From assembly GCA_905178155.1 (NCBI GenBank), contig CAJINV010000003.1, forward strand, positions 9,803,979 through 9,867,978: 64,000 nucleotides of DNA. The letters are read 5' to 3'. Both the position numbers and the translations under genes were made by a program. Numbering within the stretch: position 1 is the first letter of the stretch; the number at the start of each line of letters is the position of its first letter. The notes below the pieces were generated by a model. It was not told the DNA's origin, did not search any database, and saw nothing but the letters and a program-made list of their open reading frames with translations. Of this stretch, positions 24,551-38,707 are shown one piece after another. The stretch is from Amoebophrya sp. A120 (lineage: Eukaryota; Protista; Dinoflagellata).

Positions 24551-27500
24551 CTTGCGCATAACTCCCAGGCATTCCGCGCTCGCCCGGGGCGTGTTTGCGT
24601 TCGGGGGATGTTGCTTCCTGGGGGCCGTTTGCCTTCGAGCACATACCCCCGACCCGCGCAAGCACAGGCGCAAGAACTCTCGAGAGCATGCACAGTGCCG
24701 CAATAGCACACGCACGCACACAACCTGCTGCCGTTCCCCGCCCTCCGACGCGGGAGGGCAACAACACCGGAAGACAATCCTTGCTTCAGCAGCCTGCGCC
24801 CCCAACGCGCATGGACCTGCTCTCGTGAGCGGCTGCTGTTCATTTCACCACCGGACAGCAACCCCCCGCAGGCAGGTCGGTCAAGCAGCAAGCCCCTGGG
24901 GCCGGCGGCCTCGGAGAAAGCAGAGACGCCCTGGAAAATTTGCCGCCCCTCCCCATCACGAAGCGAAAAGAATCGGCGAGGCCAGCCGGCGCGACTGCGC
25001 CCTCGCGCCGGTCGGCCTTGCCGGCCCTAAACCCCGACCCCTAAACAATAGACCGAGAACAACATCAAAGGCCGTCGCCGGCTCTGCTTCTGCATCACCT
25101 CCGGCCATTACGGTGGTGATGCGGCGGTGGTGCGAGGTGATGCGTGGGAGGTGGGTATGTGATCCGGGTGGGGGTCTGATGCGTGGGGAGGTTATTCAAA
25201 GGAGTGGGGAGGTGGTTCACACTCCTACCCAAAAACTTTGCAAGTAGTTCTTCCCAGGCCAACACCTGACGCCCTGAAACCTCTGCCCGTAGTTGAATCA
25301 GAAGAAGGTCTTGCACTTTCGCGCACGGGAAAAATGGCGCAAGTTGCCGGAGCGAACTGCGAGAGAGCAAGATGCTTAGCCTGTCACTTTGGGCTGAGGG
25401 GCCGCGCTCCTCTCGTGTACTTGTCAACTGTTGGGCGCCCGCGTCTGTTCTTCGTGGGAGGTTCGCGTCTCGGCTCGAGAGGGCTTTTGGCTTTGGTGAA
25501 CACTCTCAACCCCACACACAGGCAAAGCCTGCGCTTCTAGGTGTTTCTGCTAGGCGACAAATTGAGCGCCTTCAGTTTTGCCGGAGCGCGACGGTCGAGT
25601 AGTACATCGACAGGCACGCACTTGCGTGCTTCAAGACCTGCAAACCTTTCGGCGGCCCGCCTTCTGCTTTCTATCATACTCGTTTTCTCTTCCTTCTACG
25701 CGGTGACTTTACAGCTATGGCTGCCGCTTAGACACTGTGGGGGCTTTCCGCAACCATTTGCGCAGAGATGGCACGGCCCAGCGCTACTCTACTGAACTTT
25801 CTGCCTTATGCTTCCGTTTTTTTTTTACTGATAGCAAGCTCATTGCATCTATGATATGGTAAAAGGATACTCAAGCTATTCGCAGGGACGTAGAACCTAC
25901 CACGCGTAGCACTTCCTCACTTTCCTCGTCTATTTAACTAAGTCAAGTTTTTGAAAGTTTTGGGGACTGAAGATGAATGCAAGATGACACGCATGCTTTA
26001 GCCAGTTTCTCTAAAGTATGTAACTAACTGCACGAATATGTTGAAGAGCCACTGCATCACAGAAGCCAGCTCTCGTCGTTCTTGATAAACACAAATGGAC
26101 TGCGTACCTCTTTGTTGCATTTACGACTGAGGAATCGCAAACAGCGAAATACTTCGAGCATGCTACTCGCCCGACGGCTGGACTATTTTAACTTTAAGTA
26201 AGGAGTACTTCACCATATAAGAGCCATAAACTTCGACTTCAAAACACTGCGACCGGCTCAAGTCGAATCAAGATGAAGATGCAGTGTCGCAGAGATAAAT
26301 AAGCTGCTCCCATATTGAATAGGCCCGGCGTCCGGCTCTTCTTGGCATATGGCCGAAGGGTCGACCGTTCGAGGAGCGCCACCGTTTTTCAGAAAATAGA
26401 AAAAGGAGGGGAGGCTATTCTTGGCACATGGAGAAGGATCTAAGGGCGGAAAGGGGGCCACCGAATGCGAAAAGTTGCCCGGCGGGGTGCCGACTTGCTG
26501 AAATCTGTCGGGCAGGGGGCGAGAAATGCACCGCGAAGCTGGTGCCTGAGCAGGCAGAGCGCAGCAGCAATGCCGGGGGGGGGCGCGACACTCTGGCTTG
26601 CGAGCATTTCTGCCCCGTCATAGAACCTCCGATAAGGCCACTGCATTTTCCCGCGTTCCCGCGCCTGCAATGGTGGCGCTCGTGCCGGGCCCGGGCGGTT
26701 CTCCTGCGCCGTTCGGCCAGGATCACGCTCGAAAAAAGATGAAATCAAAGAAGAAAAGCGGCAATGCCAGGCGGCAACGTTAGGAGGCGCCCCCCTACCG
26801 CCACGACCTTTTCAAACTTGGGCTGTCGCCTTTTGTTAACTCGGGTACCGCCACGACCCTTTGCGTCGGGCTGCCACGGGGGCATAAAACTCGGGCGGAA
26901 ACCTGGGTCCCCAGAAGAGGGCCGAAACCCCGAGGACGAAGCGGGGCGGCCCTGTAGCCCAGCCGGGAATCAAGGCCGCGCGCGCGAGCCTGCACCCCAG
27001 GAGGGTACCTAGATCCCAGGCGGGTGCCGCACGATTCTGAGCCCACCATGTGAACCCTGGCCCCAAGCGCGAATCCTGACCCAAAACGCGAACCGGAACC
27101 CCACACACGTACGAACCTGAATACCCGCGGAAACCTCTCCCCCGGTCCCATCCACTCCCGCGCGCGCGGCCGCCAGCTCGCGCAGCCCTAAGGGCTTGCA
27201 GCGTTCCGCCTCTTGGGTTAGAAAGAGGCAGCAGGCGCCCGCAAGAAGACTGGAGGAAGGCCATATCTATCAGACCTTCGGGGCTGCGGCGGTTGCTTGC
27301 TAACTTCAAAAAGAGGTGGGCCAGAAAGCAGTGCTTTTTGTCCTCCTAGTCAAAGGGTGACAAGGAGAGGCAAGTGGAAAGAAAACAGGAGGCGCAGAAA
27401 TGAGGCCAAACGAAAGGCAAAAACGAGAAGAGGGGGGCGGAAAGATGAAAAAAAAAACGAGAGGGGGCACAGCTAAGCAAGCAAGAAGCTGAAGCGCGGC

Positions 27501-29899
27501 GCTACGTTGTGCCGCCTCCGTGTGTCCAAAAGAGCCGGGCGCGTCTGAAAACAAGGCGATGCCGACGAGGAGCGTTATACTAATATATAAAGATAACACC
27601 AAGCCACAACGGACATAGTAACAACTCTTGTACTACACCACATCCGCAACTCGAGGCCTAAGCCCGAAACTATCGCACTAAAACAATCTATCCCTCTGCA
27701 GAATTGGCTTCCTTTGTGTGATTGCTAAGACGAATCCTAGAACGACGAAAAAAGCTCCACCGCACAAGCAAAACGCCGAAAGAAACACCGCTGGACCCCC
27801 CAAAACTGACCGGCTACCTTGTTATAGAGGAGTGTGGTGACATCTTTTCGCTTCAATCCGCTGGTCCACTAAGTACCGTCGCGCAGGCGCAAAGACAAAA
27901 AAATAACGCTCACATCTCAAGGCACACAAGAAGTCAGCGCCCATTCATCGTGATAAAACGCAAGTACCTAGCACAGCAAATTTCCGCACACCGCCCCCCT
28001 TCGAGTTCGACGTGGCTCCACCAGTCTTGGTGTCCTCGTTGTTTCGTTGGAAACTCTGGACTGGATTCCAGACATCAGAAAAATGCAGGCGAATAGCGCT
28101 CCCGGCTGGAATTTCGTCCAAATCTCTGATCTTGCCGAGGAGCTTCCTCGTTTTCGGCATCGCGCCGACACGCAACCAGTTGCCGAAGAACGGCGCTTCG
28201 ACGCCGTGCAGCCGCGCGGAATGCATTGCAAATAGGTCTGGGCTGGAGGCGTACGAGCTTACAACGCTAGCGAACTTCTCAAGGAGGCCCCCTGCTCAAA
28301 TCGGTCTGATACAATCGCGGGAGGGCAGGCTCGCAAAAATGTGCGGCCGCATGTACCAATCGGACCCGCGGACAAACTCCGTCGGGGGCTTCGGCGCCCC
28401 CTGCTGCGGAACCCTGTGCCGACATCGGGCCCATCTATGCCAGGCGCCTGGGGGACGAGCGGCCTTCCTCCTGGCCCAATCCGGGCGAGCAGATTCGTTG
28501 GCGGGCTTTGGAATCCTCTCGGGAATCCTCTGACGAAACCGGACCAATGGCATGCCCTTGCAGCGTGGCGGCCTCGTGCGGCCCGGCTAGTTGGGCCGCA
28601 TGGTTTTTGCGGTAGGAATCCTCTGCGGAACTCCTTCCGGAGCCCCCTAGCGCAAGGTCTGGGGCTGCGGTTGCTTCTGGCGCGAGGCCTGCCGCCGAAT
28701 CGCGTACGTTCGTCAAGACGCTTCTATGCGAGGCCCGTAGGCCTTTGCCATGAGTCACGTTTGTAGGCGCCGGAGGCGAACGAACGCCCGGCGTCGCCGG
28801 GCGGCTTCAGCGGTCCATCGGAATGATGCGCCAACCCAGGCACTGCCCGGCTGAGCAAAGGAAACCACGCGGGACCGACCACAAAAAGGGCTTGCGGGGA
28901 GCGCGGCGCCGCCGCAGCCGCGGCACTGGGAAAGCCTGCGGCCAGCCAGGGCGGACGGCCCGGAGCCCCAAACGCAGACCCTGGGCCCGAAGGGAAAGGC
29001 CCAAACGCTAGCTACGCGCCTGCCTCCAAAAGCGGGGCGCGAGTGCGCCCCGCCCCGATTCGCGCAGCGCGGCTCCAATTTCATGCCGTGGCCCCCCTTC
29101 GGGCCGGGAGCCTTGGCAACCTCACGGAGAGCCTCTGCCGAAATCAGGCCAGCGCCGCCGGGGGGCCCGGCCGAAGCGGCCCGACCTTGGCCGGGGGGGC
29201 GGGCTTCCTTCCACCGAGGCCCCGCGGCCTTCCGTTTTCGCGGCCTCGAAGCGATGCAGCCGGGACCGACACGCCCCCCCAGCGGTCACAAGCCGGGCGT
29301 GATTCTGTCCTTCACATACATGGGCTAAGGGCCGCACTTGCCTAGCTCGCTGCCACCCTGGCCCGGCCGGGGTGGTTTTGGGGCGTACCGGAGCAGCTGG
29401 AACTGCATTCTATTTCGAGCCCCACTGCGCGCTCTCCCTCCGTGCTTTTTCAATATACAAAAACGCGCCAGCCAGTTTTCCCGTTGGAAGCGGCCGGGGG
29501 TTTTCCTGTCTGGCTGCCAAGGTACGCTAGACCGCCCGCGGCCGCACTAGATACAAGGGCGCGCCGCGACGACTGCCCGCCACGCCGACACTTTTCTGGC
29601 CCCCCTCCACCCCTTGCCTGGATGAGGTCCTCTAGGGCAGGTGCCCCGGCCTGTCCCGCACCTTAGGCGCGGGTCCGGCCGCGCGCTTCTCCCGCCTTGC
29701 CACTGCCTTGCTTCTTTGCCAGCCCCCCCGGGCCCCCTGGCGCCACCTTTTTTTTCCGTACTCCGCTGCCCCGACGTGTTTCCGTTCTCCCCCACCCTGC
29801 CCCCGCTTCCTTTCGGTACAGACTGCTCGCGCGTCGGAACGTGTACTCCGCGAGCGCCCGGAATTTGGTGGCACTGCCCACAAAGCCCCGGGGGCTGCC

Positions 29900-31500
29900 A
29901 ATGCCGGGCCTGCGGCGCGCTGTCAGCCATCTCGCCGCGCCGGCCACCACGCCTCTTCGGCTGTACCTGCGCGGGCCCGGGCGTCGTACGTCGCAAAATT
30001 CAGGAGGGCGCCCCGCCGGGCTTCGGGTTCTTCCGTAGTCCGGCGCCTTGATAATGGGCGCGAAGCGAGTTCTTGAAAGCCCGCCGGCCGAGTTTGGTCC
30101 GCCCGCCCGGGGGCTGGTAAATGCGGGGCGCCACGCAATATGTATGCGGGCCCGGGGTTCCGGCACCGAAGGGCGGAGTGGCGTAAAACGCAAAAAGCCG
30201 CCAATCGCGAAGAGCGCCCTCGAAAGCCAAAAAAAAGCGACCTGCCGCCAACCGCGGGGTCCGCATACTGGAAACCCTTCGGCGCCCCCTCGAAATTCTG
30301 GCCCGCAGGGCCAAGTCTGCTAGGGGCCTTGGGGCTCGGAGGCACCAATCTAGTGCTTTCCCATCCTTCTTTTTCTGCGATGGGTTCCGAAGCTCTGGCG
30401 CAAGGTCTGCCCGCTGTGCGCATTCGGAAAAGCCGGCCAACACAATTCGCCTGCCTGCATTCTGCTGCCACCCGGCCGCAATTTTGCCTGAAGCCCCCCC
30501 ATCCGAGCTCGCTCGCGTCCGTTTATTTCGGAAGGGCTTTTGGGGTCGCGTCCGCTAGCAATTTTGGCGCGCGCCCCTGATTTCCATTTCCGGGGCCCCC
30601 TGGTTGTTTTTCCCGCCCCTTCGCAGTTGGTACGCGCGCCCCTTCCAATTGTTTCTCCCGCCCGGGCCCCCGGAGACGCGCGGGCCCGCACGCTGCGTAA
30701 ACACAGGTCGCCGGGGTGGGCCGTGTAGGCGGAAAACCCAAGGCGCACAAACTCCCCGGGAAACCACGACGCCAGCTCGCGGGTAGTCTTGGCGCCATGG
30801 GCGGGCAGATAAAAGGCCGCCTGGCCGGCGCCAGCCCTGTGGCCCAAGGTAGGGGCGGGCGTGTCCTAAGCTACAGCCCCCCCCCCCTTGCCGCCGGCGC
30901 GGCCTTGCGATGGCAGGGCGAAGCGGCGGGCGCGCGGAATTCGGCGGCGGCCTTCCTCCCATCAATTTCTCGGGAAAACAGATTCCCGGCCGGCCTCGGG
31001 GGCGGGGCCGCCTGGGAATCAGGGGGCCCCCCCTCGATGCCTGCCTCGGCGCACGAAAGCAGGACGCGACCGCCCCCCCCTCTGAAGCGGCCCCGGGTCC
31101 CTCCTCTAGGCCATCCTGCGCCCCCTTTTCCGCGGGTGCGGCCCTGCAATCGAAAATGGGGCGGGCCAGCCGGCAGAACGGCGGGCGGCAGGCGCGGCGA
31201 GCTTCGCGCTTTACCCCTACCGGCCGGGGGTATAACAACGAAGGAGGGACGGTATCCGGCGGCGGCCTGCGAAAGTTTATGCCAGGCCAAGGGGGCGCGC
31301 GGGGTCCCCCGCGCCTTCGACCCGGAACTCGCGGGGCCCACTCGTCGACGCTTGCCCCGAAGAATGAAAGCAGGGCGCGGTCGCCTTTCTTTCTGTAGCG
31401 GCCCCTGGCCCCTCCTCGAGGCAATCCAGGATGGTTTCCGCCGCAGAAATTGCAGCGCCGGGGGGACGGCTGGCACAGCCTTGGCCCTTGCTGGCTGCGA
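29900..31500 (+). mobile_element. Decayed DIRS-like RT-RNase H (element probably extends over about 27700-31700)
   Basis: Motifs in order: SDL...SAYW (about 30240), AMGS, VYFGRAFGV (30521; cf. YxDD), RQLAGSLG (30770), AGLGGGAAW (cf. DAS..G.GA), ELRAL (31200), AKGARG, and a frameshifted E.NP-DG.(S)R at about 31420-31440 (cf. NPAD.LSR). Confidence 0.5.
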
Positions 31501-32599
31501 ACACAGTGCGGGCGGCTGTGCCCTTGCCCGCCTCCGCCGAGCGTCCGGACGCCCATGCTCTGGCTCGCCCCATGCCTATCCCAACAGTTGCCTAGCCCGG
31601 GCATGACTCGGGGGCAGCGAGCCGGGTGCTAACTGTAGCTCGGTCATAGCCGCCGTCGTCGACCGGTTCCCATTGCGCCCCGGCAATTCGGCGCCGCGGT
31701 CTTCAACGGCAGAAGCCGCGCCTTTGTTAGGCGCTATCCAATCAGCCAACCAGGTAAACACGTGCACTCTTGTCGCCGCCCCAGATATATTACCACTTGA
31801 TACTGCGTTTCCTCTTGCAAGAAGATCCGATCAGATATCACGCAGGCAAAAAACTAACCACCACAATAGATACCCTTACCGATGCAAAAACGAAGCGTGT
31901 ATATTTTTTGCTTTTTCTTTTGCTTCCTTATTCGGTTACTTTGAGTGTGTGCGTTCTTGCATAAATTCCCCAAAGCTGTTGCGAAGCTAGCTTTCTTCTG
32001 GCTGATAGTAGCAGACAGCCCCGCTATCGTCGACATTGCAACCACGTTCAGAGTATTACAATAAAAAATCAAGCCTCACCATACTCAAGCTAAGCGCAGC
32101 CCAGTGATCTGACTGAAATCCAAACGTGAGTCCCGACCTCTGGCACCCATAAACCCTTTGAACCCGCAAGGCGGCGGCTGCGGAGAATCAGACGACGTGA
32201 CGAAGACGAGCGAACCTCATGCGCGGCGCGGCGGACACGGCGGGAGGCCAAGTGTGGCAAAGGTAATGGATACGAACTACGAGGATACCTTATACACAGC
32301 GCTGCCGGGTGCCAGCTGGGCACGGGAAAAACGAACGGGTCCGACAGGAACCAGAAACGAAAGTAAAGCCCACAAAAGCGCTGGCGTAACTGTAAAGCCC
32401 CAGCGCTGAGAATTGTCGGGGCGCGCACCCCCCTTGGATGCGATGCTATACCCGCCGCTGGGAACGTTCGATCCTAAAGTAACCCCACGGCACAAGAGCC
32501 AGCCGATCCACGTACATAAGCGCAAAAGCAAGGCGGGAAAAAGAGCGAGCGCCTGATGGAAAGCCTTTCCTGAAAAGACTTCCCTCCATTGGCCTAAAT

Positions 32600-35500
32600 G
32601 ATAACAAAAAGCGCAGCGCTGCGCTTTTATTTTAGGTTAATGAATGTCATGTTCCCAAAAAATATCGCTCTCCAGGGATGCATCTGCCTAAAATCAAGCA
32701 ACGATACTCGTGGCCAATCGGAGCAGTTTGCGAATCGCCTACGATGGGATACAAACTCGCTCGAAAAAAAGGGCGAGGCGAGAGATGAAGCACGCGCTCT
32801 CCTAGGAGGCGCATCTCGGCGCCACGCCATGGCGAAAAAAAACGAAGACAGCCGCGAAGCGATAGCGAGTCGCCCGCACCTCGTAGCGAGGCGGCCGTGT
32901 GGACATTCGGCGCAACAGATTCGCTCAGCAAATTTGCCCCATTTTTGGAACTCGAAAGCGCACAGCCCCAATATGCAGGACCAGACTTCGTCGCCCGCGA
33001 TAAATTAAAGCTGGCGCGCGCAGCGGGGCGGTTTTTCGCGTCGCCAAGCGAACGACGCCCCTCGCCGTCCCCGCCGCCCGCCCCTTGCAAACCTTGATGC
33101 CCCTGCACCCCCCGGAAGCAACGGCGCCCGCCGCTTCTATGTAAACCAACAGCGAGCGGGCGCCGGGGGGGGGCTGCTGGCCTGGGCATCATTTACGAGC
33201 TCGCGGACTGCTGGGTTCTTTGCGAGCTCCCGGAGTTTGCAACTATCGGGCGCATTATCCGGATTTCCCACAAATACACGCGCACTATCCGGCCAGGCCG
33301 CGAGACGAGAGACGCGGCAAAAGCCCGCGGCGTTTGCTAAAAACCTGCCCTCTATCATAACGGCCAAGAGGGGAAGGCCATCGCGAGCGCTCGCTTCTAC
33401 TGGGTAGGCGAGAAGGTGCCCGCCTACAACCAGCCCTCCAACACCAAGAAAGTGCCTGCTGAAGGGCAGGCCGGCGCTCGAACGCGTAGCGCCGCCCGCC
33501 TAACTGGTGAGCGGCCGCGCCGTCAACCGAAACTCCCTTCCCATCAGCAATGGCGTCCAAAAGGGAAAGCGGAAACTCCGCGCGAAGGCGAACGCAAGAG
33601 CCAAAGAAAAAATAAACGCCAAAGGCAAAAAGCTAAGCGGCAGAGCTAACAAATACGCGACGCCGGCCAACCATCCCGAACCGATCCAGTGCGTCTGGCA
33701 ATGTTAGTGCGCGGAGTGTTTTCGTTGCTCAGGGAAGCGTCGGGAAGTGCCGCAAGCTGAAACCGATCCGGAAGGCCGGAAATCTGGTTGGTTCTGCTCG
33801 GGGTCTTCCTAAGTAAAGCGCCTACAGCCCTCGCAATTGCGCAAGACCGAGCGCCCCCGCCGGCCGGCGGTTGAAGGCTGGCGGCCAGATAGCGCGCCAG
33901 CGACTGCCACCCTCTGGGCCGGTTTGAGAAGCTGCCAAAGTGGCGCAAAAGCTGCGAACTGAAGTCGAGGGCCTGGCCAGATCTGACAGCCGAAATTATC
34001 AGCGCAATAAAGTCCCCGCCAAACGCAACAGCCTTCAAAGTTCGCGAGGAACGACTTGAAGGCCGACGGAGGGGAATGAGGCGAAAACATGAACGACGAA
34101 GCACGCGAAGACACCCAGGCCACGACTGCGCTTGCAAATATGCACGCCCTAAAAATGCCACGCGCGAAGACTAAAATCAAAATAGAAGCCCTCAACCCCA
34201 GAAGCCCTCTCAACCCTGTCGGCGTCGGCGGCGGAACTGGCACGATGACAGTGGCGGAGATGAAGCGGAGAGGAAGAAAACATTGGGGTCGTGGCGCTCG
34301 GAAAGCCTCCTCACATCTGATGAGGGCGCGGAGCATTCATGGTTTGCACAAAGGACGAGGCCTAAAAGCAGAAACGAAATAGCAGCGCCCAAAAGTAAAG
34401 AACACAAACAAAGCAAATCCAAAACCCCACAAGGCCATGAGCGGCCTAAACCTAAATGCCCGCCCACACGCTGTTCAACGCCCGCCGCCGCGCCGTCTTT
34501 CTTCCGCTCTCTCTCCCGGCGCGCAGTCGCTCGGCGGCTGCAGCCCGTTGGCCCTGCAAGCCGAAGTTAGTCGACCGGCCCGGCTGTCTTGAAGGGCTCG
34601 AACTAACAATCAGGGCCGGCCCGGTCCGGTCTGCGGGGCACGAGCCGAAAAAGCCACAGACCAATGCCAAAAAATCCGCGCGCGCCCGTGCTGTTCGGGG
34701 TCCTTCGTCGCCCCTCCCTATCTTCCGATCCGGCTGCATTCTGTTGGGCCTCGCTGCCGAAGTCCGGCCAGTCGGCCGGCCCGACGCGCGGTTCCGGCGT
34801 ACTCGGGCGGGAATATCCGCCGCCCAGAAGGGAGGTCCGCCGGACGCCCATAGCCCTCTGTATGGGGCGCCCGGGGATTTGCTACCTGGACCGGAACCAC
34901 GATAGCGCCCCGGCCGTCCCAGGCATGGCCGGTCCAGAGAAAGGGCGGGTCTTGGGCAGGGCCGGCGACCTTCGTGAGGGCCAGCGGAAATCGTCCGAAA
35001 AATACGGCCAGCTCCGGGTGGCCCGATGGATTGCGGCGAACCAGGCCGGCGGGCCCGAGAGACGGACCCCGGCTTTCCCGGAGCTCCCTGCTGCCGCATG
35101 CGCAAAAGCCGCGCCGGCTGGGACGCCAAGCGGCCTCGCGCGAGAAGCGAAAATCGGGCCCGTCTTCAAATATGCGCGCGCCGGCCTCTTCTCCATACCG
35201 TGGCCGAGCCACCGCGCCCTATTGTCGTTTCCTTTATTTTTGCTGCCCGATCAGGCGTCCAGGCGTTCTCTTCGTCACGTACCGAAGGCGGCGCGCGCGC
35301 GGCTGGTTTCAAGAAAATGAAACAAACCGGATCAAGGCGCTCCGGCGTCTGGCGATTTTGAAAATCCGGCCAGAGTTTTCAAATCAACGGTGGCAAACGG
35401 CCCGAAGGCCGGCGATTCTCTTTCTCTCTGGAGCCGTTTGAAATGCCCCAGATCAGCAACAAGACCGCACAGTCTTCAAGCGGGCCAACTCGGCAACAAA

Positions 35501-37100
35501 ACAGCACGCATTTCAAGACCGCGGTCGCTGGTGGCCAGCTAACTCGCAGCTACGAGCGCAACCACCCGGGCGGCTGGACGGCTAGCTCCGCTCGCGCCTT
35601 GAATGGTTGCCGCCTAAGGCCGCTCGAGCCCACCGCGAGCTAATCGCCTGGCTGGCCGACCAGCCGGTTACTTCGCGGCTGCGAGATACATCGCGGCCCA
35701 TTTGCTACCTGCTCCAAGAGTGATCTTCCTGTCTGTGATCAACATCGCCCCAAATCAATTTAGTGCAAAACTAAGACGACGACGAGGGCAGCTGTGTATA
35801 AAAAAAAATAAAAGCCTGCGCGCCTCCATAATCAGCAGCAAAAGCGTTGTAGGTCGGTGCCCAGAGTGAAAGGCTGCGCAACGATGCACACAGGCCCAGC
35901 GGTTCGGCAAAGACCAAGGGTGCGGGCGGCATGCCCCGGGCAAAGCTCAAGTGGTGCGTGCTGGCGGCGGCAGAAGGTGTGCCCGATAGAATACGGCCAA
36001 GCGCTTCCGCATTCTGTTCATCCAACGCAGGCAAGCTGACTCACGGCCACAGATGGGGCGCCAGCTCTGCCTTGCTGAGTATGTGGGCGAGTCGTCTTTC
36101 CGTACGATAATGCACTTCGTGATTCAGGTCCGCGCATGTTCGACCGCGCTGCGCTTCGCAAATGCCTGCCAAAAGGAGGCCTAGGCTCTTTTTTCTCCGG
36201 ATCGGTCCAAGTATTTTCCATGCCCTGACGAATGTCTATTGCCCCAACGGTAAGGGAACAAATGCAAGAGGGCAACGAGGAGCATGGCGCGCCGCCACGT
36301 ACAGTACACGCGGCCGGCGCGGCTAGATTCAGACACAGCGCGCCACCTCGGTGACTCTAGTCTAGGTTTGGGCGCGTACTGCATACACTGGAGGGGGGGG
36401 CGCAGGTCGACACTGTCGCGGCGCGCCCTGTCCTGCCGCCGTGGGTTCCTGCGACTGCGCGCGCGCGCCTTCGTCGTAGCACGCCGGAGGGTAATTGAAT
36501 GCGTAGCAGCTTCGCAAATGACTACGAGAAGAAAAGCGCCGCCCGCTCTGGCCCGCCCACAACCCGCGCGGCCGTGCCCAACAGCTTGCGGGCGCATCTT
36601 GATTATTTTGCCCCGGCCACGACTGGCACGCGCGGCGCACACAAGCGCGACGCGCTTGTGCGGCCACGGCACTGCCCGCGGGCATGTGCGCGCGCAACCG
36701 CGAGCCGCGGAGGGTGGGAATATGTTAGGGGTAGGGATGTTTTACTCTTTTCTCAGGCCCCACCTTCCCAGGCGCTGCTCTACCTCTGCCTCCGGACCTC
36801 GTCCCGCAACATTGCGAAACGGGGCCCGGAGGCACACAAGCCGGGGCAGCCTGCGCTGCGTTCCGGGTCACCTGTAAGATCGGGCAGGTTGCATGCCCGG
36901 CTAAGGCGTAGGCAGGCGCACCGGCTCAGTTCAGGCCACAGCCTTCGGAGAAAAAAAAGGCGCCCGAATTGAGGCCACGGCGCTACTGTTAGAGCCTGAA
37001 CACACGAGAACAAAGGGAGAGAGGTGGGGCCACTGCTAGGCCCAAAAGGCTCAGGGCCCTCAACGATTCAAGTCCTGGCCCCACTGCCTAGAGTCTGCGA
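32600..37100 (+). mobile_element. Decayed Ty3/Gypsy-like gag-pol remnant
   Basis: FKYARAGLFSIP...HRALLSF (about 35165; cf. LD.R.GF..IP), ARGWFQE, then integrase-like VIECVAASQ...P..P followed by RAHLDYFAP (about 36590; cf. HLDF.GP) and DALVR. The order RT then IN is Gypsy-like. No LTR pair found. Confidence 0.45.
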
Positions 37101-37784
37101 ACCTGTGCCAAAGTTAGTGCTGAACGGCTCGGGCCAGGATCTTGCTCCCAACGAGCAAGGGGCGGCGACACACAAAGACGCGAGGATCGAGATAGATCGG
37201 AACATCGAGCATGCTGACACTCCCCTGCTACTCTACTAGCCCAGGGGGAGCTTCCGGAAAACGTAGCCCCTTGCTTCCATTTATTTTGGGGGGCCTGCCC
37301 TGTGTTCCAGGTAACTTGCGAAGGGGGGCAGGCTCGGCTGCCCGGCCCCAGTGGCCAGCTACATTTCGGTCGAAGTGCTGACCCAGATGGCAGCCAAGAC
37401 AATGCCGCCAGGCCTGTGGCAGCACATCGGGCAACATCTGGAGCAACAAGGAGGCCGCCAACCTTTAGCTGTGCGGGCCCGGCGCCTCCAATGCTGCCAA
37501 CCAAGCGGAAGACGAACCAAGGCACAGCCCGGCCGTCGGCCGGACGCGGAGAAAATGAACGGGGGCGCGGGCTGCGAGTAAACCAGGGGGCAGGGGCGGC
37601 CAAAATGAACAGAGGCAGAGGCGGCAAAAATGGATAAAAACGAAGAGCCACAAAGCTGGTCGGCAAGCTAATTCAAACCTAGGGGGCGAGACCTGGAGAC
37701 GGGCCGCCCTCCTCCTGCGCGAAGCCGACGGGAACCCGGACGGACGAAACGCACCCGGGCGCGCGAAAGACGGGAACTGACCGT

Positions 37785-37845
37785 GGTCAAAAATCACACG
37801 TCTCGGCTTGCTGGCCGCGGTCAAAAATCACACGTCTCGGCTTGC
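37785..37845. repeat. Perfect 27-bp direct repeat GGTCAAAAATCACACGTCTCGGCTTGC x2 (34-bp period)
   Basis: Read directly at 37785 and 37819. Confidence 0.9.
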
Positions 37846-38113
37846 CAGAGTAGATGACAACGGGGGGGCCAAACGTCTGCAACTGTACGCGATTCGCCGA
37901 GGCCAACGGACTGGCGCCACAAGGGTCGCAACTGCGCTGCCCAGAGGGTGGGCCCATCGTGTTTGGGGCTACTTTGCGCCACTTCCAAAGGGCTGAGAAC
38001 CGCGCGCGCTTGATATGTTTAGGCCACCGCGAGAACCGCTCGTGGGGCCCGCGGGCCTGCGGCGCCGGCTGGCAGAGTGAAGGGTGGCGGCGCTTATTCC
38101 ACTCCGATCGGTC

Positions 38114-38707
38114 TCAACGAAGTGCAAGGGGGGGGGGGCGGGGGAGGCAAGCCAGACCGGGGGGGAGCGGGCTTCCACCTCTGCTACCACGGCCGCCGCC
38201 TGAAAACAGCGGGGCGCCTGCCCCCCCTAACGCCTGCTCCGCCGCACCGTCGGCCGCCGGGAAGCACCGCGCGCCACCCAAAGTCCCGCTCCTCGTTTCG
38301 CTGATTAGCGGCGCTGCGGTCGCTCCGCCCCAGTAGGGAGGGGCGAACACAAGCGGCCGGGGCCCTGTCGGGAGGCAAGGCGCAGCACGGGCAGCAGCTT
38401 GGGGGCCACTTCGCCATATGCCTCCCTGGCCTCTCGAAGGCGGCCGGACGGCGCATTTTACTTCGCGGCGCCGGCAGCCTAGCCGCGTGAAAACGCGTTT
38501 TTGTATCTCGCACGCCAGTCTACCCCTAGGGGCGGCGCTTCTTATCAATATTGCACTACAAGCAACCGAGCCCATTGCCCGCGGCGCGCCACCTTCTGCG
38601 CCTCGGCCGCCTATCCCGGGCCCAAACCGTTCAGGACCGCGGGGCCGCCATCTCCTGCCCTTCGGCTGCTCGGCCGGCCGGCCAATCCGTCCTGCTTGGG
38701 CGGCCAA
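38114..38707 (-). mobile_element. Possible decayed tyrosine recombinase (DIRS/Crypton-type)
   Basis: ILIRSA...CAVR..., then PSL / GGATAA and FGWR in adjacent frames (cf. HSLR.GGAT.....GRW.S). Confidence 0.3.

Noticed and set aside
26250-26265. Dinoflagellate spliced-leader relic (GGCTCAAG)
   Set aside because: Only the last 8 nt match; the upstream CCGTAGCCATTTT is absent.
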